NCBI RefSeq assembly: GCF_000145295.1
Contig: NC_014408.1
Coordinates: 1,410,001 to 1,442,000, forward strand
Length of the DNA: 32,000 nt
Direction: 5' to 3'
Origin: Methanothermobacter marburgensis str. Marburg
Lineage (GTDB): Archaea > Methanobacteriota > Methanobacteria > Methanobacteriales > Methanothermobacteraceae
Numbering within the stretch: the stretch's first letter is position 1; each line of letters begins with the position of its first letter. Under the pieces are notes generated by a model. That model was not told where the DNA came from. It made no database searches and saw nothing but the letters and a program-made list of their open reading frames with translations. The position numbers and the translations under genes were made by a program. Positions 28,758-32,000 of this stretch are shown one piece after another.

Positions 28758-29603
28758 CTAACGATCCGCTTCTCCTATAATTTCAAGGAACTCACAGGCC
28801 TTACATTTAATCCCTGACGCTGGTTCTCCGCAGATTGAACACTCTCCAATCCCATAATCCTCCGCCAGAGGCTGGAATGTGACCTTTAATGATTTCATGA
28901 TCATCTCCTTTACACCGGGACTATCTGATTCTATCCTGTTAAGGAAATCCCTTATCCCTGCCCTCATTGATCTGCTGGAGTAGGGACAGGGGGCACTGTG
29001 AAATTTCACATCATTGAGCTCAGCCCAGAGCCTGACATCCTCCTCAGGTGTGCTCCAGAGGGGTTTTATCCTCGGTACCATCCGGGGGTGTATCCTCTGA
29101 AGTTTCGGGCCGAACTTGGAGAACTTCCTCACATCCCCCCTTGCAAGGCTCATGATGAATGACTGAACCTCGTCGTCCATGTTGTGGCCCGTTGCAATCT
29201 TTGATGCTCCTATTTCCCTGGCTGTCCTGTTGAGTATCCACCTCCTGAAGACACCGCAGGGGATGCAGGGGCTTCTGAACCCTTCCAGAACATCTTCAAG
29301 TTCAAAGTTGAATTCATCCCTGAATGATTTCTCTATGAGTTCAACCCGCCTTATACGGGCGTTTTCCCTTGCTGCGAGAACCCCCTCCCCCCTGTAGCCC
29401 TCTATACCCTCATCAACCGTGATGGCTGTGAGTTCAAAATCCAGTTCCTCCCTTAAATCTGAGAGCACATGGAGTGTCAGCACACTGTCCTTGCCGCCTG
29501 AAAGTGCCACTGCAACGTGTTCTCCCCTCTCTACGAGTTTATGTGATTCCATGAGACCTCTTATTCTGGCCATGATTCTCCGGTTGAATTCCTGAACATC
29601 CAT
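28758..29603 (-). CDS. PP-loop ATP pyrophosphatase of the Ncs6/TtuA tRNA 2-thiolation type
   Basis: PP-loop SGGKDS. Fe-S ligand pattern CIPC plus a later CPY. C-terminal zinc finger CSICG-x8-CKAC. I prefer ATG 29603 (MDVQEF...) over the ORF-track start at 29630; see the bidirectional promoter finding. Confidence 0.8.
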   Translation of the reverse strand: MDVQEFNRRIMARIRGLMESHKLVERGEHVAVALSGGKDSVLTLHVLSDLREELDFELTAITVDEGIEGYRGEGVLAARENARIRRVELIEKSFRDEFNFELEDVLEGFRSPCIPCGVFRRWILNRTAREIGASKIATGHNMDDEVQSFIMSLARGDVRKFSKFGPKLQRIHPRMVPRIKPLWSTPEEDVRLWAELNDVKFHSAPCPYSSRSMRAGIRDFLNRIESDSPGVKEMIMKSLKVTFQPLAEDYGIGECSICGEPASGIKCKACEFLEIIGEADR

Positions 29604-29609
29604 GGAACC

Positions 29610-29636
29610 TATATATAAAACAGCCGACATATATAT
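29610..29636. promoter_or_regulatory. Two back-to-back TATA-like boxes forming a compact bidirectional promoter
   Basis: TATATATAAAA (29610-29620) is centred about 27 nt from ATG 29642. ATATATAT (29629-29636) is centred about 30 nt from ATG 29603 on the other strand. Neither gene has an SD. Confidence 0.45.
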
Positions 29637-29641
29637 CCACC

Positions 29642-29944
29642 ATGATAACCGCAGAGCTCACCATAATACCTCTCGGTACAGGCAGCACTTCCCTCAGCGG
29701 TTACGTGGCCGCTGCAGTCAGTGCCCTCGAGAAAATGAACGTGAGGTATGAGATCTCAGGTATGGGGACTCTTGTTGAGGCCGGTGACCTGGATGAACTC
29801 CTTGAGGCTGTTAAGGCGGCCCATGAGGCCGTCCTGGAGGCAGGCTCAGAGAGGGTCTACACAACAATCAAAATCGATGATAGAAGGGACACCGACAGGG
29901 GCCTCAGTGACAAGGTTGAATCTGTAAAGAAAAAGCTCCAGTAA
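29642..29944 (+). CDS. MTH1187/YkoF-family (DUF77) thiamine-binding-like protein
   Basis: 100 aa. MITAELTIIPLGTGSTSLSGYVAAAV...MGTLVEG-like ferredoxin-fold pattern. Matches my recollection of MTH1187. Confidence 0.8.
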   Translation: MITAELTIIPLGTGSTSLSGYVAAAVSALEKMNVRYEISGMGTLVEAGDLDELLEAVKAAHEAVLEAGSERVYTTIKIDDRRDTDRGLSDKVESVKKKLQ

Positions 29945-30102
29945 GGAAAAATGTTCCTTAATAACGGCTGAGTCTCTGAAACTCCCTTAAGTGTTATTCA
30001 GTAGTTTAATTTTTAAATGTACATCCTCATGGGGCGTTACATATAAAAAATAGAATTATGCCAGGTCCTCAACACCACACTGCACCTGAGATAATAAGAA
30101 TG

Positions 30103-31191
30103 TTAGTTCTGCCCGAAGAAATCCCTGACAGAATCCACAATCCTTTCAAGGTCCTCATCAGTAAGGGCAGGGTGTACCGGTAGCGATAGGACCTCCTCCG
30201 CAGCCTTTTCACTGACCGGACAGCTGGCATTGAAGCCCATCCTCCGGTAGAGTTCCTGCCTGTAGATGGGTTTCGGGTAGTGAATCCCGGTACCTATGCC
30301 CCGCTTGTTGAGGAATTTCATGAGCCTGTCCCTTGAACCCGGAACCCTCAGGGTGTACTGGTGGAAGACGTGTTTAACCCCCGCTGCAACGTGGGGTGTT
30401 GATACTCCCTCAAGGTCCCTGAGGCTATCTGTGAGGTACTCTGCATTTTTGATTCGCCTTCTGTTGAAGTCTTCAAGTTTTCCTAGCTGGGCTATGCCAA
30501 TGGCCGCGGCAATATCGGTCATCCTGAAGTTGTAGCCAAGGTAAGCGTGATTGTAGCGCTCTGTCTCCCCGTGGGCCCTCAGAATCCGTGCCATTTCTGC
30601 AATTTCCTCATTATCAGTTGTTATCATCCCGCCCTCGCCTGTTGTGATGTTCTTTGTTGGGTAGAAACTGAAGCATGCGGCATCCCCCATTGAACCCACC
30701 ATCCTCCCATGATACTCTGCACCATGGGCCTGGGCAGCATCCTCAATCACCAGGAGGTCATGATCAGCAGCCAGGTCCAGGATGGGGTCCATGTCGGCGG
30801 GCTGTCCGTAGAGGTGTACGGGTATTATTGCCCTTGTGCTGGGTGTTATGAGTTCCTCGATCCCCTCAGGATCTATGTTGTAGGTTTCGGGATCTATATC
30901 TGCAAATACAGGCTCAGCACCAACGTATAGGGCTGCGTTTGCCGTTGCAGCGAAGCTGAATGGTGTTGTTATAACCTGGTCCCCTTTTCCAATCCCTGCG
31001 GCCAGGAGGGCGAGGTGGAGGGCTGTTGTCCCTGAACTTGTTGCAACAGCGTGTTCCGTACCCACGCAGGATGCAAACTTCTCCTCAAATTCCGCCACCC
31101 GTGGTCCCTGGGCAATGAATCCCGATTTAAGTACCTTCACGACTTCCTCTATTTCCTCTTCATCGATTATGGGAGTAGCAACCGGTATCAT
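30103..31191 (-). CDS. DegT/DnrJ/EryC1/StrS-family PLP-dependent sugar aminotransferase
   Basis: 362 aa. Contains [19 protein letters not shown] and the PLP-lysine context [15 protein letters not shown]. Confidence 0.88.
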   Translation of the reverse strand: MIPVATPIIDEEEIEEVVKVLKSGFIAQGPRVAEFEEKFASCVGTEHAVATSSGTTALHLALLAAGIGKGDQVITTPFSFAATANAALYVGAEPVFADIDPETYNIDPEGIEELITPSTRAIIPVHLYGQPADMDPILDLAADHDLLVIEDAAQAHGAEYHGRMVGSMGDAACFSFYPTKNITTGEGGMITTDNEEIAEMARILRAHGETERYNHAYLGYNFRMTDIAAAIGIAQLGKLEDFNRRRIKNAEYLTDSLRDLEGVSTPHVAAGVKHVFHQYTLRVPGSRDRLMKFLNKRGIGTGIHYPKPIYRQELYRRMGFNASCPVSEKAAEEVLSLPVHPALTDEDLERIVDSVRDFFGQN

Positions 31192-31236
31192 GTGAACACC
31201 TGAGTAAGAGTTACTGAGTTATTAGTTTCTCACTGG

Positions 31237-31248
31237 CACTTAAAAAGT
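31237..31248 (-). promoter_or_regulatory. Candidate TATA element ACTTTTTAAGTG for the DegT-family gene
   Basis: The 3' end of the box lies 46 nt upstream of ATG 31191. An AGGTG SD lies in the predicted leader. The same 12-mer occurs upstream of mtrE. Confidence 0.35.
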
Positions 31249-31322
31249 GATACCCTAACCCTGCAATCAGTTAAAATGTGATAACCCAACCAGGTTACTC
31301 CGATTCAGTGGGTTATTAATCC

Positions 31323-32000
31323 TCATCCACGGTACCTCAGAACATCCAGCACATCCCCATAGCGTCCCCTGAATAGTATGGCCACAAGAAGAGCCGATGC
31401 AAGGATCAGTGCCAGTGGGGAGGCGTAGGGATCCGATGGGCTTACCATCAGGGATGGAAGGTTTCCAAGACCGGCCTCCGGGGAGCTGTGTATAACACTG
31501 ACATAGAGGTTGTTTGCAATATGCACCCCCATGGCGAGTTCCACACCATCATCTGCGAGTGTTATGAGTGCAAGTACCAGCCCAATGATGAATGTGCTTG
31601 CTGTTATTGAAAGGCTCATTGTAAGGTTCGTGCCATTCCACCAGTGAAGGATTGAGAATATAAGTGAATTCATGATCATCAGTGGGATGGGCCTCTTAAT
31701 GATCATCCACATCCCCTGCATGAGGTATCCCCTGAAGAATATCTCCTCAAAGGAAGCCTGCACAGGAAATGCAAGTAATGCAAGTATCAGAAGCCACCAG
31801 AATGCTGGTGTGAACTTAAGTCTGACGGAAGACGGATCCATCACAATCGAGATCAGGTCAAGGATCCCGACAATAATAAACCAGGCCACCCCTCCACTGA
31901 GTATCCGCCTCCAGTCGACACTACCCCTTGAGTTCACGGCTGATATGAAATCACGCCTGTGGATGAACTTCAACCCAACGTAGAGAAAGAACATTGAGGT
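31323..32000 (-). CDS. CPBP (CAAX/Abi) family intramembrane metalloprotease; the N-terminus may lie beyond the window
   Basis: Motifs EEIFFRGYL, FSILHW and HIANNL. The first ATG is at 31994, but the frame stays open to the window edge. Confidence 0.8.
   Translation of the reverse strand, partial: TSMFFLYVGLKFIHRRDFISAVNSRGSVDWRRILSGGVAWFIIVGILDLISIVMDPSSVRLKFTPAFWWLLILALLAFPVQASFEEIFFRGYLMQGMWMIIKRPIPLMIMNSLIFSILHWWNGTNLTMSLSITASTFIIGLVLALITLADDGVELAMGVHIANNLYVSVIHSSPEAGLGNLPSLMVSPSDPYASPLALILASALLVAILFRGRYGDVLDVLRYRG

Noticed and set aside
29604-29630. MSAVLYIGS N-terminal extension of the PP-loop gene
   Set aside because: It would leave an 11-nt divergent spacer with no promoter, and it would encode the TATA-like tracts themselves. 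ATG 29603 fits the promoter geometry better. It is retained as an alternative only.

Overview
This window is the core hydrogenotrophic methanogenesis locus of a Methanothermobacter-type archaeon. As far as I can recall, the McrA translation matches the crystallised M. marburgensis/thermautotrophicus MCR isoenzyme I, and the modified residues H257, R271, Q400, G445, D450 and C452 all fall at the published positions. Gene order from left to right: (1) the [Fe]-hydrogenase FeGP-cofactor genes hcg(B)CDEF on the + strand, followed by a minimal SufC/SufB Fe-S assembly pair. (2) A long minus-strand block, listed here in transcription order: mcrBDCGA, a terminator, mtrEDCBAFGH, a terminator, a CaCA exchanger plus Usp, and then an ASKHA-fold methanogen-specific ATPase, cobY and a PRC-barrel gene. 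(3) Divergent from mcr, the McrA-modifying radical-SAM pair: mmp10 and a B12-binding radical SAM enzyme. (4) A 370-bp AT-rich orphan spacer, a DUF134 regulator fused to zinc ribbons, and an operon of an unknown gene, a McrC paralog (marker 7-like) and a membrane metallophosphoesterase. (5) comB-traB, a DUF1922 zinc ribbon plus a GTPBP1-like GTPase, an Ncs6/TtuA-type PP-loop enzyme, an MTH1187-family protein, a DegT aminotransferase and a CPBP protease. I found no rRNA, tRNA, CRISPR array or mobile element. Most of the locus is textbook. The points worth a second look are: the sufC P-loop lies upstream of any canonical start codon; the mcr terminator hairpin seems to carry the mtr promoter in its loop; a perfect 22-bp palindrome fills the TATA-to-ATG gap of the DUF134 gene; an ASKHA ATPase is translationally coupled to cobY next to mtr; a McrC paralog shares an operon with a membrane phosphoesterase; and several short paired direct repeats sit in intergenic spacers. 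All functional calls come from motif recognition and synteny by eye. No database search was run.
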